Below are positions 1-12,000 of a stretch of 64,000 bases of DNA, in pieces (position 1 is the first letter of the stretch; each line of letters starts with the position of its first letter). The stretch is from positions 1,070,034-1,134,033 of the forward strand of contig NMRA01000016.1 in NCBI GenBank assembly GCA_002633005.1. Reading direction: 5' to 3'. The notes under the pieces are model-generated. The model searched no databases, was not told the DNA's origin, and saw only the letters and a list, made by a program, of their open reading frames with translations. The translations under genes were made by a program, and so were the position numbers. Source of the stretch: Phoronis australis (Eukaryota; Animalia; Phoronida).

Positions 1-159
1 ACTTACATGTAACATAAATTTGCAAAAAAGGCACAATTGTGAGATGGACATTGAGAATAAGATTGTTCAAACATCCCTGCAGTTTTGCAGTGAAGCAGCA
101 CTGTGCATGTGATTTATAAGCATTTGATGAATGTTTTTAATTCAAAGCCGATGCATGTG

Positions 160-3100
160 TTAGCTTGAATCAAAGGCTTTCGAGAACTCCTGCCTGTGAC
201 TGATCGTGTAAGGTTCACTTCGTCTGAAGACAGACTCAGGTGGATCCGTGTGCCGAGGATCATCATAAATAGTGGATATTACAAAGTCACTGGTCTTTTG
301 TCTCTTCCGGCCAATACCAACATAGCGGTTCAATTTTTCGCCACGGTAACTGTAAAACAACAAACGGGAAGTCAGTAAACAGAGGTAAAAAATTGCGTAT
401 AAGCTACAATGGTCAGATCTGATATTGTTATGACAAAGTGATCGTTATTTAAAGTCAGAAATGTTACAGGAACAGATCCAAGATCCACCAGGCACTAGGA
501 ATTTATGAGAAAGATCACCATTAAGAAAGAGCCCAAGGTTTGAAAAAAACCCCGTTGGCTCTTTCGGTATCATTTTGACGTATGGCAAGAAGTGCCAAAG
601 AGGATGGAGCATTGGCGATAGTGTGGAAGGAGTGATAGCATTATCTATGTGAATGTGTGTGCAAGATTTCTCAATTTTGTTTCTTAAAAGATCCGTTAAA
701 ATAAACACTTGTCAACACAGAAATCACAAGATATATTTTAGTCAAATTTATCAACAAAGCAAACCTCAGCCGGTTATTGAAACCCTGACCATCTGTAGTG
801 TAGTTAGCAATATAAGCACTAATATTATTTTCCAAAAGTGTTCTGACGGCATTCTGGGCACAAAATCACTACGTGAAAATGGACATTTCTGGAAAAGTCT
901 CCAACTGGCTGTTTCGGAAATTCTACATTTTAAGTGAATTCGGGCACCTCGGTACTGAATAAGAATTCGTGACACGCCCGACAGTGTAAATCTATAAACA
1001 GGTATCTCATACTGACTGGCATGATTTGATATACAAATATACATGTATTTGGTATTCTACCAATTGGAAATTACATATCACTTTCTAGTTACTCAATGTT
1101 ATATTAACCACGTTACATACCCAAATCCAGACTTATCCCTGGGTTTCTGCCCCTCATTCTCAAGAGCTTCAGATATCCCAAGATTCGCCACATTTCCAAG
1201 ACCTTGACCATCTTTCCACCCCTTTTGCTCCATGATCCTACGTCCAATTCCCTGAAATGACACCTAAATCTGTTAAAGAACGACAAGCTATAACCCATGT
1301 GCTAGCACAGCACTCAACCAACAACAAAAACTTAAGAACTCTCGCATTCGTCCGGGTTAACCCCATATGCTTTCTAATTGAAGAACTCATAAATTAGGGG
1401 GGGGGGTGAATAAAGCTGAACCACGCAGACAATCACGATCCCAAACTGCCACATTAGTGTCAGCTTACATAACTTGAATAGACATAATACAGTGTTTGTA
1501 AGTCACAGGTGCAATCTGTGCGAATTTTGGTTGTTGAAATTCTCTGTCGATAGGCGTAGAAACAAGCATTAGGGGCTTTAAAATGAAAATTCCGAAAATT
1601 TCTGGGGAGGGTGTTTAGCTAAATATGGGCGTTATGCAGGACGAGAGCACTATTTTAATTTTCAATTTCAACTCCTGTAACCAAAAGAATTTAACGGAAT
1701 TTGTCAGTTGTGATCAAAAGGTTAAAATTTGTAAGAAAATGCAAATTTGCTGCAAACTGCATCACCATTCACACCAGTCACAAAAAATAAAATAAAAATT
1801 CAAAGCTCCTTGTAATGCCACTCTTAATTTTTTTCAGTCTGGATCCACTTTCACTTTGAACTATGATTCTGAATTTCCCTAATTAAAAAAATAACCAAAT
1901 GGCATTCATTGAATGTTTTGAGGCAAGAATTGTTGCTACAAACTTGCTTCATTCTAGTTTGATGATGGCAATAATGACTTGGCTTAATTAATACTATGCA
2001 CGGCTTTAGTTGCAAAGTGGACCCGCCGAAAATTCTAAGCAAGCTCGTCATTTTGAATTGCGATTTCTCCTTGACAATAACTACCTTAGTGTACTTCTCA
2101 AACTTTCCAATGCCACTACTTTCTCCTTTCTTTCTAAACACGCTGTCTAGAACCAATCCTTCCCTTCTCTGCTTTTCTCTCCTCATCTGCACATAGTCAC
2201 GTGAGTCTTTGTCACCGCCATTCTCCTCGTAATACACAGACATGTCCACGTCCCAGTCATCTGCTGTTTGTTCATCAAAGTCTGAAACCAGACATGTAAC
2301 TGGATCATGAGACATTTTAATAGACCAGTAATGAACTGTTTTAGTAAGTGATACCAACAATTCAATATTTGGTGACTAATCAGTAATTCTTCCTATGTGT
2401 ATTTTCTGTAAGAGGAAGCCTGAGACTTTGTTTCTTTTATACTAGGAGCGTGACGTTGTTTAAAACGTTTGGAACACTATAGAGAACTGGGTTAAAAACA
2501 GAACCAACACCTCTCTAGGTACAAATACAGTCACGTCACTATTTGGCAACAGATGTAGAAACCACCCAGGTCAACACTCAATTTTATGTATTTGAAATTC
2601 CACTCACATAAGCAATGACACAATGTAAACCTCCAAATTTAGCCATCTTGCAAAAAAGAAATAGACTGCTACTACTATTCCGAGAAATATCATATAAAAC
2701 ATCTTTTACGATGAATCATGATCAACCCTCATAGTCTGTATTCTGTACATCAAGTAACATCCTACACCCACCCCCAGCCTCTCTCTCCTCCCAGAACTGT
2801 GCATCGGTGTAAAACACTAGGCCACTGCCNAATGTTTCAGATTCAAAACTTTGTGATGTCAGTGTTGCTACGATAAAATAGCAAATAAGAAATAATCTTT
2901 AGTTAACATTTTGGTTTTAGACCATTCAGAAATTCAGTCCTGTACACTAAAACGGTTCATTAGCTACTGCAAACATGACTTGATCCAGTTTAAGTTGACC
3001 TAATCATCATTGCATGGGCTTAAGACTTAAGAAGCGCAAAAACACACACATCTCCAGAATCGGGATCCTGTTGTCTGTTTCTTTCCGTTTCTTTTTCTTC

Positions 3101-4870
3101 CTCTTCCAGTTCTTTCAATTTTTCTCTCTCCTTTGCTTTCTCTTGAATACATTTTTCAATATCTGGATTTTCAGCTTCAATAACATTACCCTGTCCATCG
3201 CGGACTATGGTTTCATCGTCTTTTTCCTCTCTTTCACTCATCACACCTTTGTAATCAAATGGAACACGTCCGTATTTCCTGCACTTTGTTCTAGGAAAGG
3301 TGAGTCCAAGTTTCTTAATCACTGCAGGAGGTAGGCGGCATTCTTTTATGGAATTTAAAAATATTCTGGAGGGTGTCCCGACGTTGCCTTTGGGCATTAT
3401 GTCAGGAGGGTGCAACTCGGGTAAACTGTGTAGATCTTCCTTAGTGAAAACCTCTCTACTGCGGAGTGCATTCTTCTGTTCCAGTCTGGTTTTGTATGGG
3501 TTGATGGACACACCACCTGCAATGTAATTAGATAGCACGGTTTGTTTAAGAGGAAGCTAGTTGCTGTGCAGAAGGAAATAAATTATAAAATCCAATAACT
3601 AATTTGTTATGTAAAAACCACTAAACGTCCTTCAAAGATCCTTCCAGAAATTTCTGTGAGATTGTCTCCCTTGCCGTAGTACAGCAAACTAGGTCTTACT
3701 ATCTTCACTGTCACACCCCATCTGACAATTTCTAAATCTGTTAATATTGCTCTTGCATTATGATTGGCTAACAAAAATAACAATATTTTATTGAATCGTG
3801 TCATTTACTGACATTTTGCTCATCAACTATCATGAGTTTGTGTACCCTTGTTATAACCAGGGTCACAAAACAAACAATCATAAACAACTTTTTCAGTAAA
3901 ATATTTGCTACTTCTAGTATGACCCTACAATTAAAGTACAAGCTATTCTCACACACTTGGTATAACCAATTTTTGTTCTGACACTGTGTTAAATGTTTTA
4001 AATATGACAAACACTATGACAATTCTTCACTTATTTAACTCACATTACGAATGACAAATGAAATTCTATTTTGTCAAATTTCATCACAAAAATAAAGATG
4101 AAGAAAACTTTAAGTCTACTACTACTACCAGCATAGTTTGTACTCTGAAGATGTCATAAAACAACATTTGGAAAAGTTTCCACTATTTGCATCGGCCTGT
4201 GAAATACTTTGATGTTAAAGAAAATTTCCAACTCCTGAAACAACTTATTAATGTATATCACTGTCTACTTCTACTAGAAGACAGTGAGATACATTAAGAA
4301 GTTCTAGATTTACTGAGGCAAGGTAAGGTCTTCAACATAAATTAACTGTGAATGGGTGACCATGCTCACTACATAATGCTGAAGACATTGCTAAACAGTC
4401 GTCAACTCAACTTCATGAATAATCTTAGGCCTACCAGTCTTACCACGCTCTATAGAAGCAGGAACAGGTTCATCTATTTTTATTTTCGCAATATTACACA
4501 TAGTTCTCATGCTGTTTCCTTGTCTATCCAGCCAATGTTTTTTATGGTAAAATTTAACGAAATCGTTCCTCTCATTGGAGCCTAATTTGACCACGCAGCA
4601 GGTGGTTTTCTTTTTATGCCCTGACTTGCTGCCTGGCGTTGCTGTAGGCAGTTCGTTTCTATCACAATGCCGCTCGTTCGTTTCATTCGGCTTTTCAGAA
4701 GAGACAACGTTTTCGCTCGTTTGACGTTCCGGGTATTCTGGACGGTGACGAAAGTGAAAACATTCGAATCCGTCAGATTCTATGAAATGTGAGAAGTAGT
4801 TCCTGAGATCTTTGGAATGATACGATGATGGAATATTGCCGATCAGTGCATAAACGTCGTCACAACTCAT
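160..4870 (-). CDS. GPATCH3: G-patch domain-containing protein 3 (spliced; one exon partly lost at an assembly join)
   Basis: Exons (minus) are 4870-4444, 3516-3050, [n at 2830]2829-2772, 2281-2085, 1251-1121 and 349-160. All visible junctions are GT-AG and phase-consistent. Recognisable GPATCH3 motifs: NIPSSYHSKDLRNYFSHF..CFHFRHRPE, LPELHPPDIMPKGNVGTP, GSGLVFYTDAQFW, DFDEQTADDWDVDMSVYY and the G-patch GIGRRIMEQKGWKDGQGLG...GFGY. Confidence 0.93.
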
Positions 4871-6082
4871 CTCAAATCAACTGTTTGCTATAATATGATC
4901 TCCTTTATAAAAGAGCAACCAACTGCAACTGGTTCCCTACCTGCCGCTAGGTGGGGCGGTAGCCGCGCCAGCACGCGTGTTGGCTAAGCACCAGGGAACC
5001 AGCGAGTATGGTGGTGCGTAGTCTTGATAGATAGCTTAATACGGAATCAATGCACTGCTACGCTGACGACTGCATTGTCGCCAAATATTCCAGCGCGCGT
5101 GACCATACATCATAGAAAATTTATTCAAAGTGTTGTTGTGAACTTGTAGTGGCGTTGGCTTGACGGATATTTTATTTAAATTCGGAAAATATTCCGTTAT
5201 AGAGATGACGACACCTAGAGTTACCAGGCGGAATCTAAACATTCTTCACCATACATNTTTTTTTTTTTTTTTTTTGTTTTTAGCGTCCCTCTCTTTGCCA
5301 ATCCGCTTGAAGGAAGATTAGTAGCATTTTTTTCTTTTCTTTACTTTTCTTGTACCTCAAATTCTACCAACACCCTTGAATGATATACTTGTATTATGTT
5401 GTATGTTATCAGTTGAGAAGAATAGGCCTGACCTTCGTTTTGTGACGTGTTCGTTAATTGTGGTGCTTTGAGGTATCTTTATGAAATGTTGTACAGATGT
5501 GTTCTTGTCCTTAATCCACACTACAGGCACTATATTGGGTCGTCTGGTGAAATTTCAGGCACCAGTGCCGTTTAACAATCGCAGGGTGCACCTTTAGTTC
5601 TTTGAACATTATTAAAGTGTAGGGAACTCATCGAACATCACGGTGGGGTTCTGAGTAGGACTTAAATTCTTCATGAACAAGTTTCACACGTTTTGTTAGA
5701 TCGTCATTTGTTCGGGAGTTTTTTTGCTCAGCCATGGATTTGCTACGATCAAGATGGCGTACTTTCTGAATCCACGTGGTGGTGCTGCGACCACGTCACA
5801 CACGTCGTCCAGCCAGTCAAAACTCGTGGACATAGATTAGATCTATGGGTAATTCTGGCTGCTTTGACTCCATCAAAAATTACTGAATGCCTGTGCACCA
5901 ACATTCCAATTCATTTCTTTCAAGTGAGTACAAATGTTAAAATTGCGAATTAGAAAATGTGCACCCCCCCTACCACTTAGCTGTGCACGCAGAGTATTTT
6001 TGCGTTTTTATTATTTTCGTGCACCTAGTCATGCTTATAGATATGAATACTTAATATCATAAAACTTAATTATAATTTGCAG

Positions 6083-9000
6083 GCACTGTTAAGCCAACTG
6101 GAAGTGGAGAAGGTGGAGGTACGTTAATATTGTTCTCCAATTTAAAATTAACTTAACGATAGCTTGACAACTCGCCGCTTTCTCGACTAGCTTTAACAAC
6201 ATCATTTTCACATCAGTGCAATTCCAGTTGTTGCTCCAAACTGCAAATCTCCTTGTACGAACTCAGTTTTTCCTAATGAACAGGCACTCTCCTATGATCA
6301 CATCTACTGATAACATCAGGAATTAGTTGGAAGGCATTGCTTTAGGCCTGTTCAAACTGTTTGAACATTTTTGAAAACATTTTTTCTAATGTTTTGGAAA
6401 TGGTGCAGGGAAGGGGGAACACAGTATAGAACTGTGCATTGAAGCCCCACGCACAGAAGGTCTCTTATTGCGAAAGGTCATTGCCTCCCCTGTGTGCAAA
6501 CTGTCTTTTCATTGATTTTACTTGGATGCATTTATAATCCAAAGCGTGTGTACTCCGAAAGTGCAGTATTTATAAAACCAAGACAAAATATAACATTTCA
6601 GTTACATTATAATAATATGTTTGCTGGAGGTTGACTTTTATTTTCAAATTGTGAAAGCATTGTTCATTTTCGTATTTGGCTGTTTTTTAATTTGAATTTT
6701 CTTCGTCACACGGCTGCAAGGCCGCAATCCACTTTTCTCACGTGTTTATTCAACTTTCTCTCATCGAGCTTGCAGCTCCCACCACGGCAGTAATACCTCA
6801 TTGTTTATTGCTTCTTACTCTGTGTTTCTCTCAACACTACCTGTGTTGTCCACGGTAGGCGGATTACACTTCACGCCTCCATTTACATTTGCCGGCTACA
6901 ATTTCCTATGCGGGCTATCAAAGTAGGGAAACTTATCGAACATCACTACATACTCAGGTGTCCTGTGTAGGACTTCTTTATGAACATGTGTCTCGGGTTT
7001 TGATAGATCGCCGTCATTTGTTCCCCATTAATCCTGTTCAGCCAATGAAGTTGTTGCAATGGGTACTTTTTGAAACTAATCCTCATGGTGGCGCAATGAC
7101 TATGCGAGACAAGTCAAGAGTTCCACTCCTGGCCGCTCTAATATCTGATGAACAAGTTTTTTGCTAAACAAAAGATTTGCTGGATGCCTTATAGGCACTA
7201 AATTTTCAGTTTATTTCTCTTAACTTAGTATCAGTTATAAAAAGCAGACATCCAAGTCATGTTATTTTTGTGACATAGCTGTAAACACAAAATAAAATAA
7301 CGCTATTTGGGTGTGCATTTGTTTTAAGTCTCAAATTTGACTGATAGGTACCGAAATTTTTCGTAGATTACCCCATCCGATGACACGCCCATGGGGTTTC
7401 ATTCAAAATTATGCCAAATACAAGACCATTGGCGTTAACTTGGTGTTGCAACTTCTGGGCCCGGTCTCTAATCTTTGTACTCGAACGAACTCAAAACTAT
7501 TTTTGGCAATTTCTCTGCTCCTTTTGTGCGGACTTAAGATAATTGGTCATCAGACTGTGCTCGAATACATTATAGTTTATGCATAGGAGTTTCTAGTTCA
7601 AGCTTGCCCTTGAAGACCCTTATGTTCGTGCTAAAAACTCGAGTAAAAACTCGAAATTTCGAGTTCAAACTCGAACTTATTGCTTTAATATTGGGTTTAC
7701 AAACTGTGAACTAAGGGCAATAAATTATCTACGTAAGTTATTGTGTACTCGAGCATAAAATAATAAACACTTATCTTGAGTTCGCCCAAAAATAGAGTTG
7801 TAGAAAATGCCAAACCTAATTTCGAGTTCCATTTCGAGTAAAAAGATTGGAGACCGGGCCCTGGTGTCAAGTGTCTAGATAATGTGGCATTTATTCGGAA
7901 AATTATCCTCTTAAATGTCCAATCAGCGTCAACTTTTAGTCACAAGTTCAGTTTTGTGGAGCATTTATCACTTATAAAAACAAATCCAGAAGGACTGGTT
8001 TCTCTTACAAAATACACATCACACTTCAGGATGTCATTTGCGTAGCCAAAACTGACTTTCCGCTTACACTTCCCTTTTTCGGAATTAACGCCCGGGCGTT
8101 TATTTGCTGTTACTTAACAATGCCTGATTTTTTTCATTTTCCGTATTCATGCCCATGGGCTTATCCACGAAAAATCACTGTTAGGATACTTATTGTAAAA
8201 CTAAATTATGATTTACAGATACCGTTAAGCCAACTGGAAATGGAGAAGGTGGAGGTATGAAATATTTTTATCTAACTCAATATTAACTTTCTTCACTGAA
8301 ATCGAGCAGAACTGAATAGTAGGCAGATTATATGCTGCTTTCATGGGAAGAATATTGGTTTTCGGGCAACTGAGAAGTAAGAAATGCTAGGAAAACACAA
8401 AGGACGCTAAAGTGTAGGATGAAAACGATGTTCGGATATAAGTCAATAATCATCCTCAGGTTAAATGAGACAGAAAACAAAATATATTAACTGAATGCTA
8501 ACTTCACATCACATGCAAAACAAAAGATCTGTAACTAAAAACTGTACCACAACCCTTGCCTGAATACTTCAACATTCGTATTCAATGACCTCTTAGTTTT
8601 GAGGGCTTGGATGTGAGTAGCCTCACAGGTTAAAAGTTTGACAGTTTTATTGTCACCGAGAAGAAGCTTGACCTCACTTAACCCTTTAGTGTGGTCCGGA
8701 GAACTGCAACGATTGTTGTGAGTTTAACGTTGGTGTGACCACTCGAATTTTGCATCATTGACTAGCTGAACTCGAGAATTATGTCAACAGTTCCCTGTGT
8801 ACTCATTTTATCAACACTAGACACACTATTTAGATGTCTTAGGTTTTGTGCTTCATTCTTCTTTACTCACTGTAACTTTTTGCCACTTGGTTTTCCATTT
8901 GTGTGGAGACTCAACTTTTATGTATACGAATATATCTTGTAAAACTAAATCGTGCTTTACAGATACTATTAAGCCCACTGAAAATGGAGGTAGTGGAGGT

Positions 9001-12000
9001 ATGTCAACATTTTTTATTATTTAATTCTATACACTGAAGACTTGACTTAATTGTAGGCAGACCATATGCCACTTACACGAGAATAACGTTATTTTTTGCC
9101 TAATTAGGAGTAAGAAATAGAAAACAAAAAGGACATTTGAGGGCAGCATGGAAACAATGTTTGGATATTAATCAAAAATCATCTTGAGTTAAAAGAGTAG
9201 ACAGTAAACATAATACCATTACAGAATGTTCACATCACAATACATGGCACAAGATCTGTCAACTGAAAACTCTGCGACATACTCCAGCCTGCATGCATAC
9301 AGTGTAAACATTCCTATTAAGTGACACCTCCGCATTGAGGGACTGAATGAGAATAGTCTCACTGATTAAATTTGAGAGTGATTGTCGTGGTCAAGAATTA
9401 ACCTTGAGCCCAGGAAACGCTTTAGTGTGGTCAGGTGAATTATAACGATTGGCGTGAATTTTACCTTGGCATGACCACTCGAATTTTGTGTCATAGACTG
9501 GCTGAACACAAGAAAGATGTCAACAGTACCCTGTGTACTCATTCTATCGACACTGGGCACACCAGATTAAGTTTTCGTGTTTCATTTTCATTCATTCACG
9601 GTAACTTTTCGCCACTTGGGTTTCCATCTGTGAGGACACTGCAATTTCACTTATCTATAAGAATACTTACTGTAAATCTAAATTCTGGTTTGCAGATACC
9701 ACTAAACCAACTGGAAATGAAGAAGGTGGAGGTATGAAATATTTTTCTCTGATTCAAAGTCGTTCTATAAAAGCAGAGCTCAATGGTCAGGGTTTCCATT
9801 TGTGTGGAGCTCCACTTTCATGTGTAGATAAGAATACTTCCTGTAAAACTAAATTCTGGTTTGCAGATACCGCTAAACCAACTGGACATGGAGAAGGTGG
9901 AGGTATGTTGATAATTTTTCTGTAAAACAAAAAGTTAAATTTGTTGGCTGATTACTTAGAGCTTAATAGTAAGTCAGACCATGTGCTGCTTTCACGAGAA
10001 CCATCAATAACATCGTTTTTTATCAACACAATTCGAGTTGTTCAAACTGCAAATCTTTTACCGAATCAATGTTTCTTGAACACCTGTCGTGTGATCACTT
10101 GCATGGATAACAGCAGACATGCGTGTGACGTGTGCCTCATTGCTTTAGGTCTGTTCACCTTTTGCGAAATTTTGTAGCTTTTTTCCAAATGTTGCTAAAT
10201 TTGTTTCATGGCTTAGGAAATCTGATTTCTATCGTGCACTAACCCTGAAGGGGTTATGATCTGAAGGGCATTTTCTGTGAAAGTCCGTTAACCACTGAAG
10301 TTATATCGGTGTCAAGTGACCATTTACTTTGATGCATTTAGTTCAGAGCGTGTCTTCCGAATCTGTTGTACTTGTAGATTGTAAGACACATAATATGCTG
10401 TATTGATTAAATTACAGGAAGATGTTTAAATTGATTTTTATTTTCAAATGTTTAAAGCATTAGATATTCTTACTTCTCTGTTCTATACTTTAACTTCTTT
10501 TTCTTACATAATTGGTGTACGCCACGCAAATACANCACTTACACGAGAATAACGTTATTTTTTGCCTAATTAGGAGTAAGAAATAGAAAACAAAAAGGAC
10601 ATTTGAGGGCAGCATGGAAACAATGTTTGGATATTAATCAAAAATCATCTTGAGTTAAAAGAGTAGACAGTAAACATAATACCATTACAGAATGTTCACA
10701 TCACAATACATGGCACAAGATCTGTCAACTGAAAACTCTGCCACAACTCCAGCCTGCATGCATACAGTGTAAACATTCCTATTAAGTGACACCTCCGCAT
10801 TGAGGGACTGAATGAGAATAGTCTCACTGATTAAATTTGAGAGTGATTGTCGTGGTCAAGAATTAACCTTGAGCCCAGGGAACGCTTTAGTGTGGTCAGA
10901 TGAATTATAACGATTGGCGTGAGTTTTACCTTGGCATGACCACTCGAATTTTGTGTCGTAGACTGGCTGAACACAAGAAAGATGTCAAGAGTACCCTGTG
11001 TACTCATTCTATCGACACTGGGCACACCAGATTAAGTTTTCGTGTTTCATTTTCATTCATTCACGGTAACTTTTCGCCACTTGGGTTTCCATCTGTGAGG
11101 ACACTGCAATTTCACTTATCGATAAGAATACTTACTGTAAAACTAAATTCTGGTTTGCAGTTACCACTAAACCAACTCGAAATGGAGAAGGTGGAGGTAT
11201 GAAATATTTTTCTCTGATTCAAAGTCGTTCTATAAAAGCAGAGCTCAATGGTAGGGTTTCCATTTGTGTGGAGCTCCACTTTCACGTGTAGATAAGAATA
11301 CTTTCTGTAAAACTAAATTATGGTTTGCAGATACCATTAAACCAACTGGACATGGAGAAGGTGGAGGTATGTTGATAATTTTTCTGTAAAACAAAAAGTT
11401 AAATTTGTTGGCTGATTACATTGAGCTTAATAGTAAGTCAGACCATGTGCTGCTTTCACGAGAACCATTTATAACATCGTTTTCTTATCAACACAATTCG
11501 AGTTGTTCAAACTGCAAATCTTTTACCGAATCAATGTTTCTTGAACACCTGTCGTGTGATCACTTGCATGGATAACAGCAGACATGCGTGTGACGTGTGC
11601 CTCATTGCTTTAGGTCTGTTCACCTTTTGCGACATTTTGTAGCTTTTTTCCAAATGTTGCTAAATTTGTTTCATGGCTTAGGAAATCTGATTTCTATCGT
11701 GCACTAACCCTGAAGGGGTTATGATCTGAAGGGCATTTTCTGTGAAAGTCCGTTAACCACTGAAGTTATATCGGTGCCAAGTGACCATTTACTTTGATGC
11801 ATTTAGTTCAGAGCGTGTCTTCCGAATCTGCTGCACTTGTAGATTATAAGACACATAATATGCTGTATTGATTAAATTACAGGAAGATGTTTAAATTGAT
11901 TTTTATTTTCAAATTTTGAAAGCATTAGATATTCTTACTTCTCTGTTCTATACTTTAACTTCGTGTTCTTACATAATTGGTGTACGCCACGCAGATACAC

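Noticed and set aside
3014-3527. Plus-strand ORFs opposite GPATCH3 (similar antisense ORFs occur over MTMR2 and AIFM1 exons)
   Set aside because: They are antisense shadows of real coding exons.
5693-5953. ORF / candidate exon 5700-5923 as the 5' part of the micro-exon gene
   Set aside because: It has a good donor but no signal peptide. Its paralogous segment at about 7007-7150 does not conserve the reading frame, so it looks like duplicated intron. It would only connect in phase 0.
9435-11202. 100-aa ORFs 9435-9737 and 10900-11202 with a GIY-YIG-like look (FYLGMTTRILCHRLAEHKK)
   Set aside because: These may be a decayed Penelope/GIY-YIG-like remnant in the intron, but the homologous intron at 8650-8900 is frame-disrupted and the ORFs run into the micro-exon. 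Not supported as a gene.
6083-11366. 36-nt repeats as a CRISPR-like array
   Set aside because: The context is eukaryotic. Units are bounded by AG/GT splice signals, the spacers are 134-2100 bp and homologous to each other, and there are no cas genes.
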